DNA from: Candidatus Yanofskybacteria bacterium RIFCSPLOWO2_01_FULL_49_17
Lineage (GTDB): Bacteria > Patescibacteriota > Minisyncoccia > 2-02-FULL-40-12 > GWA2-44-9
DNA: 53,094 bases
Direction of reading: 5' to 3'
Assembly: GCA_001795695.1 (NCBI GenBank)
Contig: MGKO01000004.1
Location: forward strand, 1 to 53,094
The position numbers were made by a program, and so were the translations under genes. A model generated the notes under the pieces. That model was not told where the DNA came from, did no database searches, and was given only the letters and a program-made list of their open reading frames with translations. The stretch's first letter is position 1, and every line of letters starts with the position of its first letter. Shown here one piece after another: positions 40,654 to 50,607 of this stretch.

Positions 40654-41034
40654 ATGACCGCTTTATTCAGAAAAAGTAAAAAAGCAGAAGAAAAGAAAGA
40701 GGTTGAAAAGCCGGCTGTTGTTGAGTCGCCAAAGACCGAGCCGTCTGGAGGTCTGACCCGGACCAATCTAACCGTTCATATCAAACGGATATATGTCAGT
40801 GAAAAAGCGACCCGTGGCAAAGGACTGAATCAATATGTATTTGAGGCCACTTCCGATGCTAATCGGCCAGAAATTAAAAAAGAAGTTGAAAAGAAATACG
40901 GCGTCCATGTTCTAAGGGTCAATATATTGAACCGCAAATCAAAGAAAGTCACCGTCGGGCGACACGAAGGGCGTCGGCCTGCTTTGCGCAAGGCCATCGT
41001 CACCTTGAAAGAAGGAGAATCAATTCCAGAATAA
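40654..41034 (+). CDS. rplW: 50S ribosomal protein uL23 (N-terminal extension)
   Basis: SEKA, YVF...ANR.EIK..VE, KAIVTL. Confidence 0.93.
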   Translation: MTALFRKSKKAEEKKEVEKPAVVESPKTEPSGGLTRTNLTVHIKRIYVSEKATRGKGLNQYVFEATSDANRPEIKKEVEKKYGVHVLRVNILNRKSKKVTVGRHEGRRPALRKAIVTLKEGESIPE

Positions 41035-41867
41035 TGGCTAAGAACTACAAACCAACAACTTCATCGCGCCGCCACATGCAGGGATATGATTTCTCGGGTC
41101 TTTCGGATTTGAGTCCTTTGAAATCTCGTGTCCATGGCTACAAGAAATCATACGGCCGGAATAATCAGGGCCGCATCACCGGCGGCCGCCAGGGCCGAGG
41201 CGGAGGAGCCAAACAGCTCTACCGCGAGGTTGACTTCAAGCAGGACAAGTTTAATGTGCCGGGCACGGTTGTAGCTTTGGAATACGATCCGAATCGGACT
41301 ACCCGCGTCGCTCGCGTTCACTATAAAGACGGCGACAAGCGCTACATCTTGGCTCCCCAGGAGCTCAAAGTCGGGGACACGGTCATCACTTCCGAGCAGG
41401 GCTTATTGAGGCCTGGTAACCGCATGAAGTTAAAGAACATCCCGCAGGGCTCGCTTGTTCATAATATTGAGATACATCCTTCAAGCGGCGGCAAAATGGT
41501 CCGCTCGGCCGGTTCGGCCGCTTCGGTATTGGCCAGCGAGGGCGGTTACGTCCAACTGGTGATGCCGTCATCGGAGACCCGTTTGGTCTCTGGCGAGTGC
41601 TACGCTTCCATCGGCCAGTTATCCAATCAGGAGCACAGCTCCATCTCGCTGGGTAAAGCCGGCCGCACCCGTTGGCTCGGCCGCCGGCCGAAGGTCCGCG
41701 GCACGGTCATGAACCCGGTTGACCATCCGTACGGCGGAGGAGAGGGCCGCCAGGGCCGCGGCACGCGCCGGCCGAAGACCGCGCAGGGAAAGGTCACCGG
41801 CGGCCGCAAGACCCGCAACAAGAAAAAGAAATCAAATAAGTTCATTGTCCGCCGACGCCAGAAATAG
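41034..41867 (+). CDS. rplB: 50S ribosomal protein uL2
   Basis: GRNNQGRIT, EYDPNR, RSAG, GKAGR, MNPVDHPYGGGEG. Confidence 0.98.
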   Translation: MAKNYKPTTSSRRHMQGYDFSGLSDLSPLKSRVHGYKKSYGRNNQGRITGGRQGRGGGAKQLYREVDFKQDKFNVPGTVVALEYDPNRTTRVARVHYKDGDKRYILAPQELKVGDTVITSEQGLLRPGNRMKLKNIPQGSLVHNIEIHPSSGGKMVRSAGSAASVLASEGGYVQLVMPSSETRLVSGECYASIGQLSNQEHSSISLGKAGRTRWLGRRPKVRGTVMNPVDHPYGGGEGRQGRGTRRPKTAQGKVTGGRKTRNKKKKSNKFIVRRRQK

Positions 41868-41932
41868 AAACTAGGAAATAGGTTATAGGAAATAGCTGTA
41901 ACCTAAAATCCTATAACCTATAAGCTAATAAT

Positions 41933-42286
41933 ATGTCACGAAGTTTAAAAAAGGGACCATTCGTAGATCAGAGGTTATTGAAGAAGATAGCCAATTTGAA
42001 GGCGGGCGATAAGACCGTCATCAAGACCTGGTCCCGCGCCTGTACCATTGTGCCCGAGATGATTGGATTTACTTTCGGCGTCCACAACGGCCGCATCCAT
42101 CTTCCCGTGTTCATAAGCGAGGACATGGTCGGACACAAACTGGGGGAGTTTGCCCATACTCGCAAGTTCAGCCGTCACGGCGGCAAGATGCAGCGCGAGA
42201 TGGAAGCGGCAGCCAAGCAGAAGGAGATTGATGCCGCCCAGGCCGCCAAAGCGCCGCCAGCCGAGGCAAAAGCAGAAGGAAATTGA
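41933..42286 (+). CDS. rpsS: 30S ribosomal protein uS19 (C-terminal extension)
   Basis: [26 protein letters not shown]. Confidence 0.97.
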   Translation: MSRSLKKGPFVDQRLLKKIANLKAGDKTVIKTWSRACTIVPEMIGFTFGVHNGRIHLPVFISEDMVGHKLGEFAHTRKFSRHGGKMQREMEAAAKQKEIDAAQAAKAPPAEAKAEGN

Positions 42287-42352
42287 TTAGCTTATAGGAA
42301 ATAGGTGATAGAAAAACTATAACCTAAAATCCTAAAACCTAAAACCTAGAAG

Positions 42353-42859
42353 ATGGCAACCGTAAAAGCACAATTGATGAACGCCCGATTGGCTCCGCGC
42401 AAGGTGCGGCTGATAGTCAATTTGGTCAAAGGCAAAAACGCCCAGGCAGCCTTAGAGCAGCTGGCTTTTGTCATACGCCGTCCGGCCGAGCCCATAGCTA
42501 AACTCATAAAATCGGCCATTGCCAACGCGACCAATAATTTCAATATGGTGGCGAGCAACTTGTACATCAAAGATTTCTATGTGGATGAGGGAGTGAAATT
42601 GAAGCGCTACCGACCGGCCGGTTTTGGCCGGACCCGCGAGGTCCACAAGAAGACCAGCAATATTCATCTGATATTGGCCGAAAAAGTGCCCGGCCTGAAA
42701 AGTGAAGCAGTTAAGAAGAAGGAAGAAAAGCACGAACATAAGATTGACGTCCAAATAAAGTCAAAGACAGATAAACCAGAAATAAAGACCGAACTGGGGA
42801 AGAAAGATAAAACCAGAGGTGGGTTCATGAGAAAAATGTTTCAACGCAAATCAATTTAA
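42353..42859 (+). CDS. rplV: 50S ribosomal protein uL22 (C-terminal extension)
   Basis: PRKVRL, KLIKSAIANA, VDEG..LKR. Confidence 0.96.
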   Translation: MATVKAQLMNARLAPRKVRLIVNLVKGKNAQAALEQLAFVIRRPAEPIAKLIKSAIANATNNFNMVASNLYIKDFYVDEGVKLKRYRPAGFGRTREVHKKTSNIHLILAEKVPGLKSEAVKKKEEKHEHKIDVQIKSKTDKPEIKTELGKKDKTRGGFMRKMFQRKSI

Positions 42860-42864
42860 GTAAT

Positions 42865-43062
42865 TATCCGAGAGCGAGAGCGATTGGAAATAATTGCTTA
42901 CCCCCTCTTTCTATCATGTATTCACAATATAGACAAAATGGTAAAAATTAATTATAATCAAACATCTTTGTCTTCTTATTAAGACAAGAAAGAGGGGGTC
43001 GCAAGTTTGTGGCAGCTCGTCTGCTCGCTGACTCGCACTTCCTCGCCGACAAACATCCGATG
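42865..43062. repeat. ~200-nt SD/anti-SD structured element, copy 2 (upstream of rpsC)
   Basis: GCTTACCCCCTCTTTCT...AGAAAGAGGGGGT then hairpin CAGCTCGTCTGC...CCTCG ending at the ATG. Confidence 0.8.
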
Positions 43063-43719
43063 GGACAAAAAATATCACCAATTTCGCTCCGCACCGGTAT
43101 TCAAAAGGATTGGCTCTCCCGCTGGTTTGGCGGCCGCAAATATATTCCTTATCTGAAAGATGACCTGAAGGTCCGTTCATTTCTTGAGAAGAAATTAAGG
43201 GGCATGAGCGTGGCCGACATTCAAATAGAGAGAGGGACCGACACCCTTAACATTATCATTACTACCGCTCGGCCGGGGCTTATCATCGGCCGCGGGGGAA
43301 CCGGCATCGAAGACCTTAAGAAATCCGTCCAGCGCCTGCTCAAAAAGAAGATAGCTGTCCGTCTTGAAGTTCAGGAAATAAAATATCCAGAATTGTCAGC
43401 CGCGGTCATGGCCGAATCAATGGTTGAGCAAATAGAGAAGCGTATTCCGTTCAGGCGGATAATGAAAATGACCTTACAGAAAATGATGTCCAACAAGCAG
43501 GTCAAAGGCGCTAAGCTCCAGATGGGCGGCCGTTTGGATGGCGCCGAGATTGCCCGCTCCGAGCACTTGGAAGAGGGTAACCTGCCGCTTCAGACCTTGC
43601 GCGCCGATATTGATTTTGCTAAGGCCACTGCTCATACAACCTACGGCACCATCGGAATCAAAGTTTGGATATACAAAGGCGAAAAATTTGAAGATGCCCG
43701 CAACGGCGGCGAGCGGTAA
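43060..43719 (+). CDS. rpsC: 30S ribosomal protein uS3
   Basis: MGQKISP..LR, RPGLIIGRGG, GRLDGAEIAR, PLQTLRADID. Confidence 0.97.
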   Translation: MGQKISPISLRTGIQKDWLSRWFGGRKYIPYLKDDLKVRSFLEKKLRGMSVADIQIERGTDTLNIIITTARPGLIIGRGGTGIEDLKKSVQRLLKKKIAVRLEVQEIKYPELSAAVMAESMVEQIEKRIPFRRIMKMTLQKMMSNKQVKGAKLQMGGRLDGAEIARSEHLEEGNLPLQTLRADIDFAKATAHTTYGTIGIKVWIYKGEKFEDARNGGER

Positions 43720-43889
43720 CATCTTCAAAACCCCTCTTTTCAAATAAATAAAGAGGTGGACAAAATATTAAAAATAGATTAAAATATAACAGCTTAATCA
43801 CAGTAATACGATAGAAAAGAGGGAGTCGCAAGTTTGTAACAGCTCGGCTGTTCGCAAACTCACAACTCCTCGCTGACAAACATCCCATG
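43695..43889. repeat. ~200-nt SD/anti-SD structured element, copy 3 (upstream of rplP)
   Basis: CCCTCTTTTC...GAAAAGAGGG then hairpin CAGCTCGGCTGT...CCTCGCTGACAAACATCCC-ATG. Confidence 0.75.
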
Positions 43890-44297
43890 CAACCAGCCAG
43901 AGTAAAACACACCAAGACCCATAAAGGCCGCAACCAGGCCCGCAAACAGTTCGCTACCCGCGGGACCCATTTGAGCTTCGGCAGCTTCGGCCTGAAAGCA
44001 GAAGAAGCCGCCTGGCTTAAAGCTAATCAACTTGAGTCGGCCCGAAAGGTCATGGCCCGTTTCATTCAGCGCGGAGGCAAGATCTGGACCAGGGTTTTTC
44101 CGGATAAACCGCGGACGGCCCGCAGTCCCGAATTGGGCATGGGCGGCGGCGCCGGAGGGTTGTCCCATTTCGTGGCCCCGGTCCAGATCGGCCGCGTTAT
44201 TTTTGAGATAGACGGTCTGCCGGAGGCGTCGGCCCGCGAGGCCTTGCGTCTGGGCGCCCACAAATTGCCGATAAAGACGAGGATTATTGCCCGTTAA
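43887..44297 (+). CDS. rplP: 50S ribosomal protein uL16
   Basis: [29 protein letters not shown]. Confidence 0.96.
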   Translation: MQPARVKHTKTHKGRNQARKQFATRGTHLSFGSFGLKAEEAAWLKANQLESARKVMARFIQRGGKIWTRVFPDKPRTARSPELGMGGGAGGLSHFVAPVQIGRVIFEIDGLPEASAREALRLGAHKLPIKTRIIAR

Positions 44298-44298
44298 T

Positions 44299-44547
44299 AT
44301 GACTACCAATCAATCACAACCGAGAAAATTGCAGGGTCTGGTCACTTCCGATAAAATGACCAAAACGGTGGTGGTTTCGGTTACCCGCATGAAGAAGCAT
44401 CCCAAGTATAAGAAATTCTTCAAAGTGACCGCCAAGTTCAAAGCCCACAATCCAGATAACGCCTATCACACCGGCGATAAGGTCATCATTCAGGAAACCA
44501 GGCCTATGTCAAAAGAAAAACGCTGGCTAGTCATCAGTAAACTTTAA
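44299..44547 (+). CDS. rpsQ: 30S ribosomal protein uS17
   Basis: [27 protein letters not shown]. Confidence 0.96.
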   Translation: MTTNQSQPRKLQGLVTSDKMTKTVVVSVTRMKKHPKYKKFFKVTAKFKAHNPDNAYHTGDKVIIQETRPMSKEKRWLVISKL

Positions 44548-44628
44548 AGCTTATTAGCTTCTTAGCTTATCAGCTGATTAGGGCAACCTAATAAGCTAGT
44601 CAGCTAGGAAGCTAATCACCTAAAAAAT

Positions 44629-44994
44629 ATGTTGCAACTACGTTCAATAGTAGAAGTGGCGGACAATTCAGGCGCAAAACGCGTCGGCATTTTCAAAGTG
44701 CTTGGCGGCTCGCGCCGGCGCTACGCCCAGATCGGAGACATTGTCGTCGCTTCGGTCAAAGTGGCCGAGCCGCGCAAAAGCGTCAAGAAAAAAGATGTGG
44801 TGAGGTGCGTCGTTGTCCGCCAGAGAAATCCCTACCGCCGCAAGGACGGCACTTATGTCCGTTTTGACGCCAACGCGGTGGTTCTGTTGGACGGCATGGA
44901 GCCCAAAGGCGGACGCATCTTCGGACCGATACCGAGGGAAATTAAAGAAAAAGGGTTTAACACGATTGCTTCGCTCGCTAGCGAACTTGTATAA
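44629..44994 (+). CDS. rplN: 50S ribosomal protein uL14
   Basis: VADNSGA, GDIVVASVK, RFD.NA, RIFGP. Confidence 0.97.
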   Translation: MLQLRSIVEVADNSGAKRVGIFKVLGGSRRRYAQIGDIVVASVKVAEPRKSVKKKDVVRCVVVRQRNPYRRKDGTYVRFDANAVVLLDGMEPKGGRIFGPIPREIKEKGFNTIASLASELV

Positions 44995-44995
44995 C

Positions 44996-45100
44996 CCCGT
45001 TAGAAATCACGAACAACCATGAAAAAAATGATAAATAACCAAATAAACCAGACCAGCCACCGTTTCAAAACGGTGGACGGATTGTTTGATTTCTAACGGG
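44996..45100. repeat. 105-nt CCCGTTAGAAAT...ATTTCTAACGGG element, copy 1
   Basis: Terminal inverted repeats; identical to 46029-46133 and 46321-46425. Confidence 0.95.
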
Positions 45101-45406
45101 ATGAAGATTAAGAAGGGCGACAACGTGAAAATGCTGGGCGGGAAAGACCGGAACAAGACCGGCAAGGTTTTGGCCGTGATGCCTGCCGAAAATCTGCTGG
45201 TCATTGAGGGTTTAAATCTTGTTAAAAAACATACCCGGGCCAGAAAGCAGGGCCAAAAGGGACAGATCATCCATAAAGAACGGGCTGTCAGCGCGGCCAG
45301 TGTTGCTCTTGTCTGCAGGTCTTGCGGTAAGGCGACCCGCGTCGGCTATAAACTGACCGGTGACGCGAAAATCCGTGTTTGTAAAAAGTGTCAATCCGAG
45401 ATATAA
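45101..45406 (+). CDS. rplX: 50S ribosomal protein uL24
   Basis: MKIKKGDNV...GKDR.KTGKV, EGLN..KKH. Confidence 0.96.
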   Translation: MKIKKGDNVKMLGGKDRNKTGKVLAVMPAENLLVIEGLNLVKKHTRARKQGQKGQIIHKERAVSAASVALVCRSCGKATRVGYKLTGDAKIRVCKKCQSEI

Positions 45407-45490
45407 TCCTAATCCGCGAATGACATCCGAATGCCGCAAATACCAACCAAAAACATTCGTATCATTCGCATGAATTTGTAAATCAGCATC

Positions 45491-46036
45491 ATGACTAGCT
45501 TACTGCAAAATTACCGAAAGAACGTCATTCCTGCCCTACAGAAAGAGTTTCATATTGGCAACGCTATGGCTGCGCCCAAGATCGTCAAAGTTACGATCAA
45601 TACCGGTGTCGGGAGATTTGCCAAAGACGACAAAACCCTGGAGCGTATTGCTAAGGACATAGCCATACTTTCAGGCCAAAAGCCGGTCTTCCGGGCGGCC
45701 AAAAAGTCCATCGCCAGTTTTAAGGTCCGGCAGGGCGTGCCAGTCGGTATTTCGGTCACTCTCCGCGGCCAGCGCATGTATGACTTCATCAGCCGTCTGA
45801 TAAATATCGCATTGCCCCGCTCCAGGGACTTTCGCGGGATTGAAACGAAGAACATAGACCGGAACGGCAATCTGAATCTCGGTCTGCGCGAGTCCAGCAT
45901 TTTCCCGGAGCTCAATTATGAGAATATGAAAGACATTTTCAGCTTGGAGGTTTCAGTCACCACCACGGCCAAGACCCATGAGCAGGGCGTGGCATTATTA
46001 AAGCACTTAGGTTTTCCAATCAAAAAATCCCGTTAG
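45491..46036 (+). CDS. rplE: 50S ribosomal protein uL5
   Basis: PKIVKV.IN.GVG, GQKP, VTLRG..MY.F, LPR.RDFRG. Confidence 0.97.
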   Translation: MTSLLQNYRKNVIPALQKEFHIGNAMAAPKIVKVTINTGVGRFAKDDKTLERIAKDIAILSGQKPVFRAAKKSIASFKVRQGVPVGISVTLRGQRMYDFISRLINIALPRSRDFRGIETKNIDRNGNLNLGLRESSIFPELNYENMKDIFSLEVSVTTTAKTHEQGVALLKHLGFPIKKSR

Positions 46037-46133
46037 AAATCACGAACAACCATGAAAAAAATGATAAATAACCAAATAAACCAGACCAGCCACCGTTTCA
46101 AAACGGTGGACGGATTGTTTGATTTCTAACGGG
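46029..46133. repeat. 105-nt element, copy 2 (supplies the rplE stop codon)
   Basis: Identical to copy 1. Confidence 0.95.
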
Positions 46134-46319
46134 ATGGCCAAAAAATCCACAATTGCCCGTTCCAATAAGAAGCCCAAGTTTTCTACCCGAACAGTCAGGC
46201 GCTGTTTCCTGTGCGGCCGCAAGGGCGGCTACATCGGCAGATTTGGTCTCTGCAGAATCCATTTTCGTGAATTGGCCAGTGCCGGACTTTTACCCGGAGT
46301 TAAAAAATCAAGCTGGTAA
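46134..46319 (+). CDS. rpsN: 30S ribosomal protein uS14 (zinc-binding type)
   Basis: [29 protein letters not shown]. Confidence 0.95.
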   Translation: MAKKSTIARSNKKPKFSTRTVRRCFLCGRKGGYIGRFGLCRIHFRELASAGLLPGVKKSSW

Positions 46320-46320
46320 T

Positions 46321-46425
46321 CCCGTTAGAAATCACGAACAACCATGAAAAAAATGATAAATAACCAAATAAACCAGACCAGCCACCGTTTCAAAACGGTG
46401 GACGGATTGTTTGATTTCTAACGGG
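46321..46425. repeat. 105-nt element, copy 3
   Basis: Identical to copy 1. Confidence 0.95.
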
Positions 46426-46824
46426 ATGGACCCAATATCAGACATGCTCAACCGAATAAAGACCGCTTCAATGGCCCGTCAAGACCAGGTGATGATGCCG
46501 TTCTCAAAGATGAAATTAGCGATAGCCGATGTTCTTTTGAGTGCAGGATACATTTCCGGCGCAGAGAGAAAGAGCAAGAAACATAAAAAATCAGAGCATG
46601 AATACCTACTTATAGGATTGAAATACAACGACGGGACATCAGCCATCTCCGGTATTAGGATGATCAGCCGGCAGTCCCGACGGATGTACCTGACGGCTGA
46701 TGAGATAAAACCGGTCCGTTCCGGTCACGGTCTGGCCATCCTCTCCACCTCCAAAGGAGTGATGAGCTCCCGTGATGCCCGCAAACAGCATGTCGGCGGA
46801 GAGATAATTTGTGAAATCTGGTAA
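46426..46824 (+). CDS. rpsH: 30S ribosomal protein uS8
   Basis: DPISDML.RI, GYI, LSTSKGVM, GGE. Confidence 0.97.
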   Translation: MDPISDMLNRIKTASMARQDQVMMPFSKMKLAIADVLLSAGYISGAERKSKKHKKSEHEYLLIGLKYNDGTSAISGIRMISRQSRRMYLTADEIKPVRSGHGLAILSTSKGVMSSRDARKQHVGGEIICEIW

Positions 46825-46829
46825 GCGAA

Positions 46830-47021
46830 TGTCCAAGAGCGTAAGCGATTGGCGACAGTCGCTTACCCCCTCCTTTTATCATGAATATACGAATGGACAA
46901 TAATACAAAAATAGATTATAATAACACAGTTTTTCATTTAATATAAAGATAAAAAGGAGGGGGTGACGAGTTTTATAACTGCTCGTCTGCTTCGCAACTC
47001 CTCGCAGATAAAATCGTTATG
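46830..47021. repeat. ~200-nt SD/anti-SD structured element, copy 4 (upstream of rplF)
   Basis: GCTTACCCCCTCCTTTT...AAAAGGAGGGGGTGACGA...TCGTT-ATG. Confidence 0.8.
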
Positions 47022-47561
47022 AGTAAGATCGGAAAAAAACCAATTATTATCCCGGATAAAGTTGAGATAAACGTTAGCTCGGGTTCGGTTACGGTAAAGG
47101 GTCCAAAGGGAACATTGACCAAGAAGCTGCCGGCTAAAGTTTCGGTGGCTGTGAGCGATAAGGTGCTGAACATCAGGCCAGAAACGGTGGACCGCCAAGG
47201 CAAAATGGCCTGGGGCCTGGCCCGCGCTTTGGTCCAGAACATGATTCTCGGCGTTTCTGAAGGTTTTGAAAAAGTGCTGGAGTTCCAAGGTGTCGGTTAC
47301 AAAGCGACAGTCAAAGGAAACGACCTGGAGCTCGGGCTGGGCTATTCCCACCCGGTCACCGTTCACGGGCCGGAAGGGGTCACTTTCAAGACCGAGAAGA
47401 ACTCCATCTGCATCCAGGGCGCCGATAAAGAGCTTGTCGGAAAAGTAGCCGCCGAAATTCGCTCCCATCGCAAGCCGGAGCCATATAAAGGCAGCGGCAT
47501 TCGCTATGTGGGTGAGCATGTCCGACGTAAAGCTGGGAAGAAAGCGGCAACAGCGGCGTAA
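47019..47561 (+). CDS. rplF: 50S ribosomal protein uL6
   Basis: SKIGKKP, KGPKG, GVGYK, LGYSHP, PEPYKG.GIRY. Confidence 0.97.
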   Translation: MSKIGKKPIIIPDKVEINVSSGSVTVKGPKGTLTKKLPAKVSVAVSDKVLNIRPETVDRQGKMAWGLARALVQNMILGVSEGFEKVLEFQGVGYKATVKGNDLELGLGYSHPVTVHGPEGVTFKTEKNSICIQGADKELVGKVAAEIRSHRKPEPYKGSGIRYVGEHVRRKAGKKAATAA

Positions 47562-47674
47562 TAATTAAAAATACAAAAATCAAAATGAAAAATGACAATT
47601 CAAAATTAAAAATGTTCAGCAATCCCATAATTTTGCATTTTGATATTTAAATTTTTAAATTTAAATTTATAATC

Positions 47675-48037
47675 ATGGAAACAGGCAATAAACAACTGAA
47701 TAAAAAACGGCGCCACACTCGCATAAGAGCTAGAATATCTGGCACGGCCGAACGGCCCCGTGTCGCCGTCTTTCGAAGCAATCGTTTCATTTATGCCCAG
47801 GTGATCGATGACGCCGCAAAAAAGACCATTATCAGTTCTTCGGATATAAAATCCAAAAGGTCCAGAACGGCAAAGATCAAAAAGACCGAGAGCGCGACTT
47901 CGATAGGGAGGCAACTGGCGGCCTTAATGAAAGAAAAGGGAATAAGCGAAGCGGTCTTTGACCGCGGGGGATTCAAATACCACGGCCGGGTCAGATCATT
48001 GGCCGATGGTTTGCGCGAGGGCGGAATTAAAATCTAG
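47675..48037 (+). CDS. rplR: 50S ribosomal protein uL18
   Basis: GTAERPR..VFRSN, VFDRGGFKYHGRV. Confidence 0.97.
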   Translation: METGNKQLNKKRRHTRIRARISGTAERPRVAVFRSNRFIYAQVIDDAAKKTIISSSDIKSKRSRTAKIKKTESATSIGRQLAALMKEKGISEAVFDRGGFKYHGRVRSLADGLREGGIKI

Positions 48038-48073
48038 CCGCTAGTAATTAGCCATTAGCAACTAGAAAAAAAC

Positions 48074-48685
48074 ATGGAACCAGAAAAAATACAATCAGTT
48101 GAAGAGATAAAAACAGAAACGCCGGCGGCTGTTGTTCCGGCGTCTGAACAGCCGGCCAAGCAAGCTGATCAGCGCTTCGGCGGCCGGGGGCGCGGACGCG
48201 GCGGAGCGGGCGGACGCGGCGGACCCCGCCGTCGCATGCAGGGGGATCGGCCGAAATCTGAATTTGACCAACGGACGCTTGAGATCGGCCGCGTATCTCG
48301 CGTGACCAAAGGCGGCAAGCGTTTCAGCTTCCGCACCACTATCGTCATCGGCGACGGCAAAGGCAGGGTCGGCGTCGGTATGGCCAAGGGAAAAGATGTC
48401 CAGCAGTCAATTCAGAAAGCGACCAATCAGGCCAAGAAGCGCCTCATCACTGTCCCGATGATAAACGGCACCATTCCTCATCAGGTTGACGCAAAATACT
48501 CCAGCGCGGTAGTAGTGTTAAAGCCGGCCCGAGGCGGCGTTAAAGCTGGCGGTCCGGTCCGAGTGGTGGCCAAACTGGCCGGCATCCATGCTTTGACCGG
48601 CAAACTTATCAGGCGGACAAACAATAAAATAAACATTGCGATGGCCACAATTGAAGCGCTTAAAAAACTCAAAACAAGGAACTAG
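48074..48685 (+). CDS. rpsE: 30S ribosomal protein uS5 (RG-rich N-terminal extension)
   Basis: RV.RVTKGGKRFSF, G.VG.G..K, GTIPH, AGGPVR. Confidence 0.97.
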   Translation: MEPEKIQSVEEIKTETPAAVVPASEQPAKQADQRFGGRGRGRGGAGGRGGPRRRMQGDRPKSEFDQRTLEIGRVSRVTKGGKRFSFRTTIVIGDGKGRVGVGMAKGKDVQQSIQKATNQAKKRLITVPMINGTIPHQVDAKYSSAVVVLKPARGGVKAGGPVRVVAKLAGIHALTGKLIRRTNNKINIAMATIEALKKLKTRN

Positions 48686-48742
48686 GTGATAGGAAATAGG
48701 ATGATAGTCAGAAACTAGATTCCTATAACCTATAATCTAATT

Positions 48743-49219
48743 ATGGAATTACATAATCTACAACCGAATACGCCCCGCAAGTACGGCAAGCGCGTCGGGC
48801 GCGGCGGCAAGCGCGGCACCACTTCCGGTAAAGGCACCAAGGGCCAGAAGTCGCGGGCCGGCGCCGGCGTCAAACCCGGTTTCCGCGGTGGCGACAACCG
48901 CTTGTGGCAGCTTTTCCCCAAGCAGAGGGGAGCTTCAAAGAAGCCCGGCTCTAACCGGCCGCACCGCAAACATCGCTTCTATCAGCTTCGCCACGACAAA
49001 TCCGCCGTTATAAATCTTGATGTCCTTAATCAGTTTGCCGAGGGCACCCTGGTCACCCCGGAACTATTGCTTGAAAAAGGCGTTATCATTAATACCGATA
49101 AAGGCGTGAAGATCTTGAGCGATGGAAACCTGAACCGCAAGCTGGAGTTCAAGGGCTTTGATTTCTCGGCTTCGGCCAAAGAGAAAATAATTGCTGCCGG
49201 AGGCAGCATCAGCAGCTAG
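48743..49219 (+). CDS. rplO: 50S ribosomal protein uL15
   Basis: RVGRGG..GTTSGKGTKGQKSR, VKIL..G, SA..KI.AAGG. Confidence 0.96.
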   Translation: MELHNLQPNTPRKYGKRVGRGGKRGTTSGKGTKGQKSRAGAGVKPGFRGGDNRLWQLFPKQRGASKKPGSNRPHRKHRFYQLRHDKSAVINLDVLNQFAEGTLVTPELLLEKGVIINTDKGVKILSDGNLNRKLEFKGFDFSASAKEKIIAAGGSISS

Positions 49220-49286
49220 CTTTTTAGCTGATTAGCTTATTAGGGTAACCTAAAAAGCTAGTAAGCTAGTAAGCTAATAAGCTAGA

Positions 49287-50549
49287 TTGAATAAATTCTT
49301 ACAAATATTCAAAAAGCCGGACCTGCGCAACAAGATATTATTCATCTTGGGCGTGCTCATCATCTATCGGTTGGCGGCTAACGTGCCTATTCCGTTCGTG
49401 GATGCCGCCCAGCTCCAGGCCTTCTTTGAAAATAACCGCTTCTATGGCTTGCTTTCGGCTTTGACCGGCGGCTCCATCTCCCAGTTGTCCATCGTCATGC
49501 TGGCGCTCGGGCCTTACATCTCGGCCTCTATCATCATGCAGCTTTTGACGATGATATTTCCGTCCTTGGAACAGATGTACAAATACGAGGGCGAAGCCGG
49601 CCGGGCGAAGTTCAACCAATACTCCCGTCTCCTGACCGTGCCCTTGGCCGCCCTGCAGGGATTCGGCTTCCTTGTCTCCCTCCAGCGGCAGAATGTCATC
49701 GGCTATCTGGACCCGTTCCAGTGGCTGACCGTTCTGGCCGTGGTGGTGGCCGGAAGCTTGTTCTTGATGTGGCTGGGCGAGCTTATTTCCGAAAAGAATG
49801 TCGGCAACGGCGTTTCAATCCTGATCTTGGCCGGTATCGTGGCCGGATTTCCGGTCCAGCTTCAGCAGGCCCTTTTCAAATATACGCCAGCCCTTTTCTT
49901 CAGCTACATGGCCTTCATCATCTTGGCCGTCGTGGTCATTGCCGGCGTGGTGTACATCTCCGAGGCCCAGCGCAATATTCCGGTCAATTACGCCCGGCGC
50001 ATCCGGGGCTCCAAGGTCTACGGCGGCGTGTCCACCTACTTGCCGATGCGCATCAACAACGCTGGCGTGATCCCCATCATCTTCGCTCTCTCATTATTGC
50101 TGTTCCCCAGCTTGATAGCCAATTTCTTTGCCGGCACCAAGATAGCCATCGTATCCAATGTCGCCACGTCCATCAGCAACTTCCTCCAGCCGACCGGCAT
50201 CTGGTACGCGGTGTTCTATTTCCTGCTGGTGTTCCTCTTCACCTACTTCTACACGGCCATCACTTTTGACCCCAAGTCCATTTCCGAGAACGTCCAAAAG
50301 AACGGGGGATACGTTCCCGGCATCCGGCCCGGCCCTTCCACCGCCCAGTTCCTGCATCATCTTTTGACCCGCATCACTCTGGTCGGGGCGGTATTTCTTG
50401 GTCTCATCGCTGTCCTGCCGAACATCGTCCAGGGCTTCACCTCCATCACCGACTTCGCCGTCGGCGGCACCAGCATCCTCATCGTTGTGTCGGTGGCATT
50501 GGAGGTCATGAAACAGCTGGATGCCCAGCTGTCCATGTACGAATATTAA
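49287..50549 (+). CDS. secY: Preprotein translocase SecY (TTG start)
   Basis: GPYISASIIMQL, WLGELI..VGNGVS, AGVIPIIFA, PGIRPG, GGTSILIVV. Confidence 0.97.
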   Translation: MNKFLQIFKKPDLRNKILFILGVLIIYRLAANVPIPFVDAAQLQAFFENNRFYGLLSALTGGSISQLSIVMLALGPYISASIIMQLLTMIFPSLEQMYKYEGEAGRAKFNQYSRLLTVPLAALQGFGFLVSLQRQNVIGYLDPFQWLTVLAVVVAGSLFLMWLGELISEKNVGNGVSILILAGIVAGFPVQLQQALFKYTPALFFSYMAFIILAVVVIAGVVYISEAQRNIPVNYARRIRGSKVYGGVSTYLPMRINNAGVIPIIFALSLLLFPSLIANFFAGTKIAIVSNVATSISNFLQPTGIWYAVFYFLLVFLFTYFYTAITFDPKSISENVQKNGGYVPGIRPGPSTAQFLHHLLTRITLVGAVFLGLIAVLPNIVQGFTSITDFAVGGTSILIVVSVALEVMKQLDAQLSMYEY

Positions 50550-50550
50550 T

Positions 50551-50578
50551 AAAAAGCGGGCCTCTGGCCCGCTTTTTT
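50551..50578 (+). terminator. Intrinsic terminator after secY
   Basis: AAAAAGCGGGCC-TCT-GGCCCGCTTTTTT. Confidence 0.8.
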
Positions 50579-50607
50579 GTTTTCATTAAAAACGGTATTA
50601 TTCAAAT

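Noticed and set aside
44996..46425. CRISPR-like array from the three identical repeats
   Set aside because: Repeats are 105 nt and are separated by intact ribosomal protein genes
45086..46425. MISNG N-terminal extensions on RplX, RpsN and RpsH (and longer starts for RpsC, Map, YqeY, RplC)
   Set aside because: ORF-caller artefacts from upstream repeat or leader sequence; conserved N-termini begin at the later ATG
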